Source of the DNA: Octopus sinensis | Taxonomy: Eukaryota | NCBI RefSeq assembly: GCF_006345805.1 | Contig: NC_042999.1 | Location: 29,202,001 to 29,266,000, forward strand | Direction of reading: 5' to 3' | Length of the DNA stretch: 64,000 nt | In this document: positions 49,652 to 60,780 of the stretch, piece after piece | Position numbering within the stretch: position 1 is the first letter of the stretch | Layout of the letters: each line of letters opens with the position of its first letter | Notes under the pieces: generated by a model | The model's input: the letters and a program-made list of their open reading frames with translations, nothing else | Told to the model about the DNA's origin: nothing | Databases searched by the model: none | Made by a program: the position numbers and the translations under genes

Positions 49652-50473
49652 CTACGTGGCAGCGAAGTAGTCGTGGGCGCAGAAAAAAGTTGTGTGCATG
49701 ACGAACTTCAGGACCGCATGATTACTGTTGGCAAGAGGGGCGCACACAGATACGTCTGACACTGATCTTGGATAGCGGGAGAATACTAGATCTAGCATAG
49801 ATGGCTGCTGCCCAGACCGATGCCTTGTCGGATATTCAACATGTTGCGATAGAAAACAATCTTCAGCCACGTCAAGAAGGGCCTGGCCGAACCGGGAAGA
49901 TGTTGTACAATTTGATGCGGGCCAATCGATCGTGGGAGCGTTGAAGTCTCCTAGTACCAAACAGTCATGCGAAGCTGAAACGAATCTTATCGCTTCGAGT
50001 AAATGAGCATCGTCCTGGGGGTCGGCAAGAGGCGGCCTGTAGACAGCCAACACGGGCAGGCAAAACTCAGATAGGCTCAGCTTGCAATAGACGGCATCGA
50101 ATTTTGTTGTAGGCTGAGCATTAGTGGGTAGAATACCGCTGGACGGTTTGTGCTCAGACTTAACATACACAGCAACACCTCCACCTCGCCTTTTTCCTCT
50201 GTCACATCTGAAAAGGACGTAGCCCTGCAGGTGGATTTCTGAGTCCTTTACTGCTGGAGTCAGCCAAGTCTCGGTGATAGCTATCACATCAGTGGAGTCA
50301 CGTATGACCAGTGTAAATAGTTCACTGAACTTTGGGAATAAGGAGCACGAGTTGGTGTAGACGATGCTGAGCTGTGAAGTCTGAGGGGTGGGAGTTGGGG
50401 AACAAGCAGAATAAGGGGTATCAGAGATAGCATCGTTGACGGGGGTATCAACTTCACTTCGATTTGCCCTCAC
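49652..50473 (-). CDS. CR1 ORF2, apurinic-type (EEP) endonuclease domain
   Basis: VYTNSCSL, IAITETWL, RRGGGVAVY, VYRPP, VLGDFN, LDLVF, SNHAVL (SDH). Frameshifts near 49685 and 49440 break the link to RT; the linker ...LPRRVFSAIN...KHKPWVTKKVK is readable in another frame. Confidence 0.9.
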   Translation of the reverse strand: MRANRSEVDTPVNDAISDTPYSACSPTPTPQTSQLSIVYTNSCSLFPKFSELFTLVIRDSTDVIAITETWLTPAVKDSEIHLQGYVLFRCDRGKRRGGGVAVYVKSEHKPSSGILPTNAQPTTKFDAVYCKLSLSEFCLPVLAVYRPPLADPQDDAHLLEAIRFVSASHDCLVLGDFNAPTIDWPASNCTTSSRFGQALLDVAEDCFLSQHVEYPTRHRSGQQPSMLDLVFSRYPRSVSDVSVCAPLANSNHAVLKFVMHTTFFCAHDYFAAT

Positions 50474-50522
50474 ATCACTTTCCCTGTTAGCACTACAGCA
50501 TGGGACCAGAGGTAGGACGTGA

Positions 50523-51929
50523 TTATCTGTCCATCTTGGATTCGTAAACCCTTCTCTCCATTTGTTTCCTCATCTTTAGTTCGGATATCAGGTTTCTCCG
50601 GCGAATTCTCTCTCTTAGTGAGTATTCCTCGCGAAAACCCATATTGGGGTCCTCCCAGGCATGCGTCTGAGCTCTGTTCAGAAAGACTGAAGCCTCCCGA
50701 TCAGAAGCAAAGATTACCCTTATTGGGCGTGGCCTAGTATCTGCGGTTGGGTTCGCTTGGAATCTTCCTAGCCGAGCGACCTTAAGGACACTGACCTTTT
50801 CGTTCAGAGAGAACAATTCTCCAACCAAAATGGAAACAAAATTAACGTCATCTTTTAGGCGGTTTATGCCTGTATCACGGGTGGATTCAGCTTTACCGTA
50901 AATTATTGCTGATCTTGAGTGGGCAAAATGTTCTCTACTATGAGCTGTGGTATTCGATTCTTCATTGGAGGATTTCGAAAGGGTGGTTTCATAGCCATCG
51001 GACTTATGTCGGCCTGTGGGGTCGATCGGAATGGGTTTAGTGGTCATAATTTTCCCGCCTGGTTTGGAACTGCACTGCCTCTTCTTCGGTTTGGGGGAGC
51101 GCCACTCCCCAGATGAACTCACATCGAGATCGTTCAGAATTGGTTGAGCAATGGCATTAATGGGAAGGTCAGGTGAGGGAGAATCCAAACGGATTTTATC
51201 ATGATCAGGTTTCATAGCCAAATCTTCCCCTCTGGAGTTTTGACTACGTTTCTTCTTTTGGGGAGAACAACGGTCTTCAGGAGGGTTTGAGTCTACGCTC
51301 CTCAAATTAGGTTGGGGAACCTCCGGGACCGAAAAGGCAGATGAGGAAGAATCCGCACAGGAACGATCATGTGCAGAAACGACCGCCGGTTCCTTCGCCT
51401 TCTTTGGCCGCTTCGATTTTGTTCCCTTCGGTTTGGACGTCTCCAGGGAAGAAATCAAGGGTAACTCTGCGTCAACAGGAGACTGTTTATCGTGGTCAGG
51501 TTTCATAGCTAAATCCGCCCCACTGGAGTTTTGACGACGTTTCTTCTTTTGGGGAGAACAACGGTCTTCAGGTGGGTTTGAGTCTACGCTCCTCAAATTC
51601 GGTTGGGGAACCTCCGGGACCGAAAAGGCAGATGGGGAAGAATCCGCACAGGAACGATCATGTGCAGAAACGACCGCCGGTTCCTTCGCCTTCTTTGGCC
51701 GCTTCGGTTTTGTTCCCTTCGGTTTGGACGTCTCCAGGGAAGAAATCAAGGGTGACTCTGCGTCAACAGGAGACTGTTTATTCAGTAAGAGAGCAACAAC
51801 AGACTTTAGGTGCTCGACCTCTTGTTTGAACAACAGCAACTGCTCGTTGAGCTGACTATTAGTAGGACCATCATCTTGATGAGAAGCCCTTCTTGCAGAT
51901 CTCAGTTTCGATCCGTAGGTAGCTGACAT
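50523..51929 (-). CDS. CR1 ORF1 (nucleic-acid-binding protein) with a 97-aa internal tandem duplication
   Basis: 468-aa ORF starting at ATG about 105 bp from the element's 5' end. It has a coiled-coil-like N-terminus and a C-terminal AIIYGKAES..RLG..RPRPIRVIF..REEYSLRERIRRR segment typical of CR1 ORF1. Confidence 0.85.
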   Translation of the reverse strand: MSATYGSKLRSARRASHQDDGPTNSQLNEQLLLFKQEVEHLKSVVALLLNKQSPVDAESPLISSLETSKPKGTKPKRPKKAKEPAVVSAHDRSCADSSPSAFSVPEVPQPNLRSVDSNPPEDRCSPQKKKRRQNSSGADLAMKPDHDKQSPVDAELPLISSLETSKPKGTKSKRPKKAKEPAVVSAHDRSCADSSSSAFSVPEVPQPNLRSVDSNPPEDRCSPQKKKRSQNSRGEDLAMKPDHDKIRLDSPSPDLPINAIAQPILNDLDVSSSGEWRSPKPKKRQCSSKPGGKIMTTKPIPIDPTGRHKSDGYETTLSKSSNEESNTTAHSREHFAHSRSAIIYGKAESTRDTGINRLKDDVNFVSILVGELFSLNEKVSVLKVARLGRFQANPTADTRPRPIRVIFASDREASVFLNRAQTHAWEDPNMGFREEYSLRERIRRRNLISELKMRKQMERRVYESKMDR

Positions 51930-52035
51930 GATGGATGGTTGACTAAAAACAATCTTCTATGGGCTCTAGGACAAATCGGAGTTAAATCAGGAACAAAAAA
52001 CAGGTGCAATCCTTGTAGGAGTAGGCAACAGCAGG

Positions 52036-52350
52036 GCCTATGTATTGCTCTTGACACCCAGAGCAGGTTAGTGCGTATACTAGGTTCTACGAAGCATATG
52101 TAAAGCTGCTTTTCACTGTGAAACGTTGTTCCTATTTCAAGGAGAAATCTGATCCCTCAATTAAATTGATTCGTGTCCCACAGTTGGGTCTTCCGCATTC
52201 TTTTACTGACGGCTTCTGTGTTGTTGTTGAGCGTTTTCGGGCTTGTGTTAGGAGACGTTTCATAGATTTGGGTTGTCTCTTGGTTTTTATGAGAGAGTGT
52301 ATTTGGAGGATTAAGATCATTCTGTGGTCCTTCTTTAGTAGGAGAATGTT
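52036..52350 (-). pseudogene. Penelope-like GIY-YIG, N-terminal half
   Basis: KRQPKSMKRLLTQA..VKECGRPNCGT..EGSDF..RFTVKSSFTYAS*NLVYALTCSGCQEQYIG. It ends at the CR1 5' junction. Confidence 0.88.
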
Positions 52351-52351
52351 T

Positions 52352-53899
<1,548 letters not shown>

Positions 53900-53933
53900 C
53901 ATCATCATCATCATCATTATCATCATCATCATC

Positions 53934-53971
<38 letters not shown>

Positions 53972-53976
53972 TATTA

Positions 53977-54028
<52 letters not shown>

Positions 54029-54032
<4 letters not shown>

Positions 54033-54273
54033 TAGTTTTATTTTTATAGCGTGCTTTCACTTCACTGCCAATCACAGCTCTGTGTGCCTTGGTTATGTTT
54101 CTTGTCCATCTCCACATATTCTGCAGTTACTTGTAATATTTCTTTTCATTACATGTTTTTGGTAATTTCTGGTGGGGAGGCTTTGGTCTTGTGCTGCAAT
54201 TAAAAATCCCTCTGTTACTGCTTTGAGTCCTGAGCTTCTCAACCATTGCTGGGATTTTTCTTTGTCTATTTCT
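54029..54273 (-). mobile_element. Short, internally deleted copy of the same R4/Dong subfamily
   Basis: The 3' UTR end is fused to the AQDQSLPTRNYQKH region, skipping about 580 bp relative to 52923-53840. Confidence 0.88.
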
Positions 54274-54340
54274 TCTTCTTCTTCTTCTTCTTCTTCTTCT
54301 TCTTCTTCTTCTTCTTCTTCTTCTTCTTCTTCTTCTTCTT

Positions 54341-54405
<65 letters not shown>

Positions 54406-54407
<2 letters not shown>

Positions 54408-55610
54408 TATGTTTGACTTTTGCTTTATGTCTGTACAAGTTGGCTCCAAGTCTCACCCAGAGACCTCAAGAGACAACAGGTTGGAAGTTCTGTGCCATAT
54501 ATTTGAAGTTTTTTTTTTTTTGGTGTTGTACTAGTGAATGTCTAATACATAATAAATAAATAAATAAATATATATAAAAAAAAATTTTTTAAATAAAAGA
54601 AAAGTTTGTTTTAAACCTTGGGATTACATAGAGAGTATTTTGCGTAGGATATGAGCAGTTCCCATGAGCACTATCTTTTGAATTTCTGCCATTTTGGGGT
54701 TTCCTGGTATCTGAGTTAGGTAGCAATCAGTCCCTTTCGCTATTATTCCCAGGGCACCTATGACAACAGGTATTGTTTTAGTCTTCAACATCCACATTTT
54801 GCTGATTTCTATTTCAAGATCTTTATATTTGCTCAGTTTTTGGTAGGTCTTGACAGATACGTTTATATCGATTGGGACAGTCATATCAATGAGGAGGCAT
54901 GTTCTTTGTCTGAAGTCTTTCAATATGATGTCTGGCCTATTTGCATCTATCTTCCTGTCAGTTTGAATGGTGAAGTTCCAGAGGAGTGAGATGTGGTCAT
55001 TTTCAAGCAATGGAGGTGGCTTGTGTTCCCACCAGTTTTTCTCATGGGGCAAATCCAGGTTTTTGCAAACTACCCAGTGAATATATTGTGCAGCTCTATC
55101 ATGCCTATTGAGGTACTCTGTAGGCGCTAGAAGACTGCATTTGGAGACAACATGATCAATGGTTTCATTTTGTTGTCGGCATACACGACATTTTGGGCTA
55201 CTGCCGTTCTTTAATATGTTGGTCTGGTAGTTTCTTGTTGGTAGGCATTGATCTTGAGCTGCTACGATAAACCCTTCTGTTTCAGATTTTAAGCCAGAGG
55301 CCATTAGCCATTGATGGGTCAGGGTTTTGTCGATATCTGCGTTATTCGCTCTCTTTGGGTATTTGCCATAGAGAGGATTTTCTTGCCATTTATTATTCAG
55401 AATATCTAAGGCTGCAGTTTTGGCACGGGTTTTCATGCGCCTGGCTGTTTCTGTGCTTGTTTCTTGTATGTCTATCTCTAATTCAGAAGTTGGTTGTATT
55501 CGGAATTCACTTAGATATTCCTTTGCCTGTTTTGTGACTGAGTATGATGCTTTCTTGTTTTCATGTTTTGAGACAAGTTTTAACATCCAGTCCTCATACT
55601 TTTTCAGGTT
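54406..55610 (-). mobile_element. 5'-truncated R4/Dong-type element, second subfamily; 320-aa open frame 54624-55586
   Basis: WQENPLYG, SETEGFIVAAQDQ, CRVC..ETIDHVVSKC, RHD, ANRPDIILKD..LIDMTVP, KYKDL, IQKIVLMGTAHILRKIL*. It has a distinct 3' UTR ending at (AAT)n. Confidence 0.93.
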
Positions 55611-55649
55611 ATTATTATTACTATTATTATTATTATTTTTATTTTAATC

Positions 55650-55690
<41 letters not shown>

Positions 55691-55700
55691 ATTATTATTA

Positions 55701-55757
<57 letters not shown>

Positions 55758-55761
<4 letters not shown>

Positions 55762-58700
55762 TAGTTTTATTTTTATAGCGTGCTTTCACTTCACTACCGA
55801 GCGCAGCTCTGTGTGCCTTGGGTATGTGCTGTGATTTGTTGTGATGCTCTGATGGTTATTGTATGGAAAGTGTTCTGCGTAGGATGTGTGCAGTGCCTAG
55901 TAGTGCAATTTTCTGTATGTTATATGTGTTTGTAAGTCCTGGTGTTTTTGTTATGTATTTGTCTGAATATTTTTTTATCATGCCTAATGCACCTACTATG
56001 ATAGGAATTGTTTCTGTTTTCAGGTTCCACATTCTAGTTACCTGTATTTCCAGGTCTTTGTATTTTGAGTGTTTCTCCATTTCTTTTACAGACACGTTGT
56101 CATCTGCCGGTATTGATACATCAATTAGAAAGCATTTTTTTTCTTCATGATCTTTGACAACTATATCTGGTCTGTTGGCCTTAATTTCTCTATCTGTGTG
56201 TATCGGCATATCCCAGAGTATGGTTGCTTTCTCGTTTTCTGTGACCTTTTCTGGTGTGTGCCTATACCATCTTTTTTCTGTTGTTATTCCATAATGTTGG
56301 CATAGCTTCCAATGTATGTAGGTTCCAACTCTGTCATGTCTGTGAATACATTCCTTCTTAGCCAGGACTGGGCAGCTAGAGATAATATGATTTATTGTTT
56401 CTTGTCCATCTCCACATATTCTGCAGTTACTTGTAATATTTATTTTTCATTACATGTTTTTGGTAATTTCTGGTGGGGAGGCTTTGGTCTTGTGCTGCAA
56501 TTAAAAATCCCTCTGTTTCTGCTTTGAGTCCTGAGCTTCTCAACCATTGCTGGGATTTTTCTTTGTCTATTTCTTTTGCGTTTAGTTTAGTGCAGTATTT
56601 ACCATGAAGGGGTTTTTCTTGCCATCGTTTTATCATGGCTCGTTGCTGTTCTATTTTTAGTTTGGATTTCATTTGTTTTATAGCTTTTGTTGTTTCTTCA
56701 TCATCTTCTTCTTCTTCTTTGTGTTTATTAGGTTGTATGATTTCTTGTTTGTATTTGTCAGCTTCCTTAAATACTGAGAACAGTTTTTTGTTTTGCTCGT
56801 GTTTTGCTGCTATCTGGATCAGTTTTCCTTCCTTCTGAAGTAGGTATTTTTGCAGTCCTATGGTGGTTATTTTATAGTAGTTTTCCAGCTGTATAAGGCC
56901 TCTACCACCTTCTATACGTTGTATATATAGTCTTTCTATGTCGGATTTTGGGTGACGCATCCTAGATCCTGTCAGTATTTTTCTTGTTTTCCTATCTATT
57001 TTGGACAGTTCATTTCGTGTCCAGTTAAGGATATTGTAGCTGTAACTTATAACTGGGACAGCTAAAGAGTTGATACCTATTAGCTTGTTTTTAGCATTGA
57101 GCTCTGTTTTTAGTATTGATCTAACTCGTCTATAATATTCTTTTTTTATTGTCTCTTTCATTTGTGTGTGTTGTGTCTTATCTAGTTCATGGATTCCTAA
57201 GTATTTGTAAGTTTGGCTTTGGTCTAATTCTTTTATTTCATCGGTTTTATCTAGTGTGATGTTGTTACTCTTAACTAGTTTTCCTCTTTTCATGGTTACT
57301 TTGGCGCATTTTTCTAATCCAAATTTCATATCTATTTCTTTGGTAAATTCATGAACTGTCTTTAATAGTGTTTCCAGCTGTTTGTCATTTACAGCGTATA
57401 GTTTTAGGTCATCCATATATAAAAGGTGGCTGATCGTTTTGCCGTAACATTTGTATCCGCATCCAGTTCTATTTAGCATATCAGATAGAGGTGACAGTGC
57501 CAAGCAGAAAAGGAGTGGAGAGAGCGTGTCTCCCTGGAATATTCCTCTTCTAATGGGGATGTCTTTGGTTTTCATGAGTCCCTCTTTTGTTTGGAGGTGT
57601 AGGACTGTTTGCCATTTATTCATAGAGTGCTCTATGAATTTTATGATTGTTGGTGCTACTTTGTTAATGGCTAGTGTTTCGAGGATCCATATGTGTGGGG
57701 GATGCTATCAAACGCCTTTTGTAGTCAATCCAGGCCATACTGAGGCCTTTCTTCTTTCTGCGGCTGTCTTCAGTTACGGCTTTATTAATCATTAGTTGAT
57801 CTTTACAGCCATATGAGCCCTTGCGGCATCCTTTCTGCTCTTCTGGGAACAGTTTGTTTTCGTCCAGGCGCTTGTTCAGCCTTTGCGATATCACTGCAGT
57901 AAATGCATTGAACATAGTAGGGAGGCATGTTATTGGTCTGTAGTTTTCTGGTTTTGTTGTTTCATTTTATTTGGGAATTAAGATGGTTTTCCCCTTCGTG
58001 AGCCATTCAGGCATTGTCTCTGGCTCTGCTAGTATGCTGTTAAAGTTTTCAGCCAGCTTTTTGTGCATTCCTGTTAGATATTTCAACCAGAAGTTGGGGA
58101 TCTTGTCATGCCCAGGTGCCTTCCAGTTGCTTAGTTTTTGCAGTGCCTGGGTGACCTCTTCAGTTGTTATGGAGGTCCAAAGTTGTTCAGATGCCGAGTT
58201 TGTTATTTTCATACTCCTTTTTTTGGCTGTTCGTTCGCCGACCATATTTCTCTCCAGAATTCTTCCAATTCTTCTGCCGTTGGTGCTGCAGTGACTTCTA
58301 TTTTATTTTTGCCCAGTTCTTGGTAGAACTTTTTGGGGTCGGAGTTGAACTTTTTGTTCTGTTCAAAGAAGCGTTGGCGTTTCTCGTACCGGCGGATCCT
58401 TTGAGCTTTGGCAAGGATATCTTGCTTCAGCTTCTCTTTTATCTCCGGCAAATCTTTTTCTGTGATGTTATATTTGCGGAGCATTTTTGTTCTCTTTTTG
58501 TTGCTCAGTAGCGTTGCTTGTTTGCTGATTTCATTAAGAATCGATAGGTCTTTTCTAATTTTTTAAATTTTGTTTTGGATGTTATTTATCCACAGGGTTT
58601 GTTTGGGTGGTGGTACTCCTATTTGGGCGGGTTTGGGTGAGTATCCAGCTCCTTTTGTGGCTGCAGTGGCTGCTGCGTATATCAAGTCATTTAGTTCAGT

Positions 58701-58892
58701 GATATCACTTTTTTTTGTTTCAGTGGCTAGTTCAGTGACGGCTAGGTTTATGTTGTTTATAATTGGTGTTGTTATTGCGTTTATTTTTATTCTTGGGAGG
58801 TATGGTCGGTGGTCCATTTTGAGCTCTGTGGTTTTCAGTTCTTTTGGGAGGTATGGTCGGTGGTCCATTTTGAGCTCTGTGGTTTTCAGTTC

Positions 58893-58895
<3 letters not shown>
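55758..58895 (-). mobile_element. About 3.1-kb R4/Dong-type non-LTR retroelement (N-domain, RT, CCHC, RLE), frameshifted
   Basis: Consecutive ORFs carry WKAPGHDKI, EEQKG..GCKDQL, AWIDYK, RRGIFQGDTLSPLLF, LLYMDDLKLYA, GGRGL and RPDIVV..LIDVSIP. There are at least five frame breaks and both flanks are ATT repeats. Confidence 0.95.
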
Positions 58896-58950
<55 letters not shown>

Positions 58951-58964
58951 GTTGTTGTTGTTAT

Positions 58965-59085
58965 TATTCAGGACACTCACTCGAATTGAACTCGGAATCT
59001 GGGAGTTTGTAATGAAGATAATTTAAATAATATACATACATCCTCATCTCTTAAATATAAAATTGAACTGTACTCCCTTTATGAG
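58965..59085 (-). mobile_element. Remnant of the tRNA-head/inverted-tail cassette
   Basis: ttcaggacactc..aattgaactcggaatct is the B-box half of the head seen at 17172-17200. It is followed by aataatatacat..cctcatctcttaaatata..gaactg, the tail end seen at 9230-9270 and 16855-16885. Confidence 0.65.
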
Positions 59086-59099
59086 CCTCTCTGATTGTT

Positions 59100-60780
59100 A
59101 TTGTTTTTATTGTTAATTTGTTCACCACAGCTCATTGTTTTTTGTTGCAGAAGTTATGTTTTTGTTTGTGCATATGTCGATATGTGTAATTCGAGATGTG
59201 TTCACAGAAATGATCAAGAGTTTTGCGCTTCCGTTTTCAGGGGGCGTAGTTACTTCTATTTCGGACCAAAGATTCGTCCTCGTCGTATTTGTCGTATTGC
59301 TCATCAGCGAGTCATAATTTCCTACAGAATTCCGCGATGTCTTCCTTCATATCATTGTATGGGGCATTGTGTGGTGGGTGTAAATTTGAGCCTTTTGGAG
59401 AGTATATTGATTTGATTTGCTTCTAGTTCTTTGAGAGTTAGATTGATAATAAATATCACTCTTGGTTTCTCCTGTTTGTTTGGTGCTATGTTGTGTCTCT
59501 GTGATTGGGTATTGGGTCTAAAAAATGATTGCCGTGTTTGAGAAGGTAGCTATTATATAGTTGTTCGTTGTTGATTGCGATGGTTGGGAATGTAGCTATT
59601 ATGTAGTTGTTCTTTATTGTTGAGGGAAGCTCTGTTGTGATTTATGGTGTGGGTTCTTAAACTGTATTGAAAAGTCAGTCGTGATATACCATGTTCGGAT
59701 GTGGTGTTTTAGGGTGCCGTCATTGGTAATTAATACTTGTGGTACGGGTTTGTTGTATATGGTTGTAGTTGGAACGAAACTTTCGCTGGTAACTTCATTT
59801 GGGGGGAGAAGGTGGCAATGTCTATCCTGCGGGTAGTGATATTTCCTTTCTCCCTTTGAAGTTAGGGTACTCCCGAAATTGTATTACTGGTGGCTTGACA
59901 GTTAAGGTGAGGTCCTGTATTCTTTTTTTGGTAGGGGTGATGGTTCCGATTTTTAGCCAGGTGTGAATCAGTGTTTGAGTATTGTTTTGATTTTCTTATA
60001 TTCAGGTAAGGGTTGTTGGAAGCGTGCTCTGTTTGAAAGATGGCTTCATAATTTGAGAACCAATAGGCGATCTTCTTCCTGCATTGGATGGATTTCAGTT
60101 CTTTATCACAATCCTCTTTCCATTGTCTGGAGATCTTCTCTTGATCGGGGCCTTGGGGACATTTTGCTAATTATTTGGTTGATCTCATCACCGATGGATT
60201 TTACTTTATCTTCAATTCGTCTAGGCCCTCAATTTTAAAAGTTATGTTTCCAGTTACTTTTTTCCAGTACCATTCATTCCCTGTGGCGTCTTTGTGTTTC
60301 TGATTAATCTGCAATGGCTTTGAACTGGAGTTTACGTGGGGGGATTAACGGTGTCCGATTGAGCTATTTCTCGTATACATCCGCTTTGTTGTTGTTTTGG
60401 ATCATCTTCCAAAAGCCGAACTTTCTACCTCTGAGTGATTTGTTCCATTATGGTACTATGTGGTGTTTCATTTGGTATGTCTTGAGAGTATTGATGTCAT
60501 ATGCTGACTCGTTTGGAGGTCATTGATTCGCACTGTTAGCGAAAATATTTTAAGTCTTTCGCAAGTTTCCAATGATTTTGATGATTTTGGAGGTTGTGTG
60601 GTTCGTATCGATTTCTTCATTGTTCTCTCGACTGGATTCATGTGTCAAGTCAAATTTCTTTAAAAAAAGTTAACATATGTGTGTTGATTTTCTTGAGCTC
60701 TTTCACTGTTTCTTCATTTATGATAGTGATTGTCTGTTTTTGTCGGCCTTTTCTGCATCTATTGTGGGATAATGATAGGT
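59100..60780 (-). pseudogene. Degenerate long ORF, probably the N-terminal region of a Penelope-like retroelement
   Basis: Long, mostly open A/C-rich minus-strand frames: MKHHIVP*WNKSLRGRKFGFWKMIQNNNKADVYEK..PRKLQ..EDKVKSIGDEINQI / MWKEDCDKELKSIQ..WFSNYE..NPYLNIRK. It adjoins a PLE-type tail. No catalytic motif is seen, so the assignment is inferred. Confidence 0.45.

Larger units (their letters stand above)
47557..52035 (-). mobile_element. Near full-length CR1-clade LINE (5' UTR, ORF1, EN-RT ORF2, short 3' UTR, (TAAC)n tail)
   Basis: Two-ORF layout with EEP and RT motifs. The 3' end is AATTAACTAACTAACTAA. GC and CpG content are markedly higher than in the flanks. Both flanks are halves of one Penelope GIY-YIG gene. 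Confidence 0.95.

Noticed and set aside
47613-51829. Plus-strand and alternative-frame ORFs overlapping the CR1 element (e.g. 47613-48104, 48646-48909, 49478-49759, 51572-51829)
   Set aside because: Shadow ORFs of a GC-rich coding region; the motif-bearing frames are on the minus strand.
59240-59310. Minus-strand CTGATGA...GGAC/GTCC-GAAA
   Set aside because: About 21 nt separate the core from the GGAC/GTCC helix and stem I does not pair; not a credible intact hammerhead.
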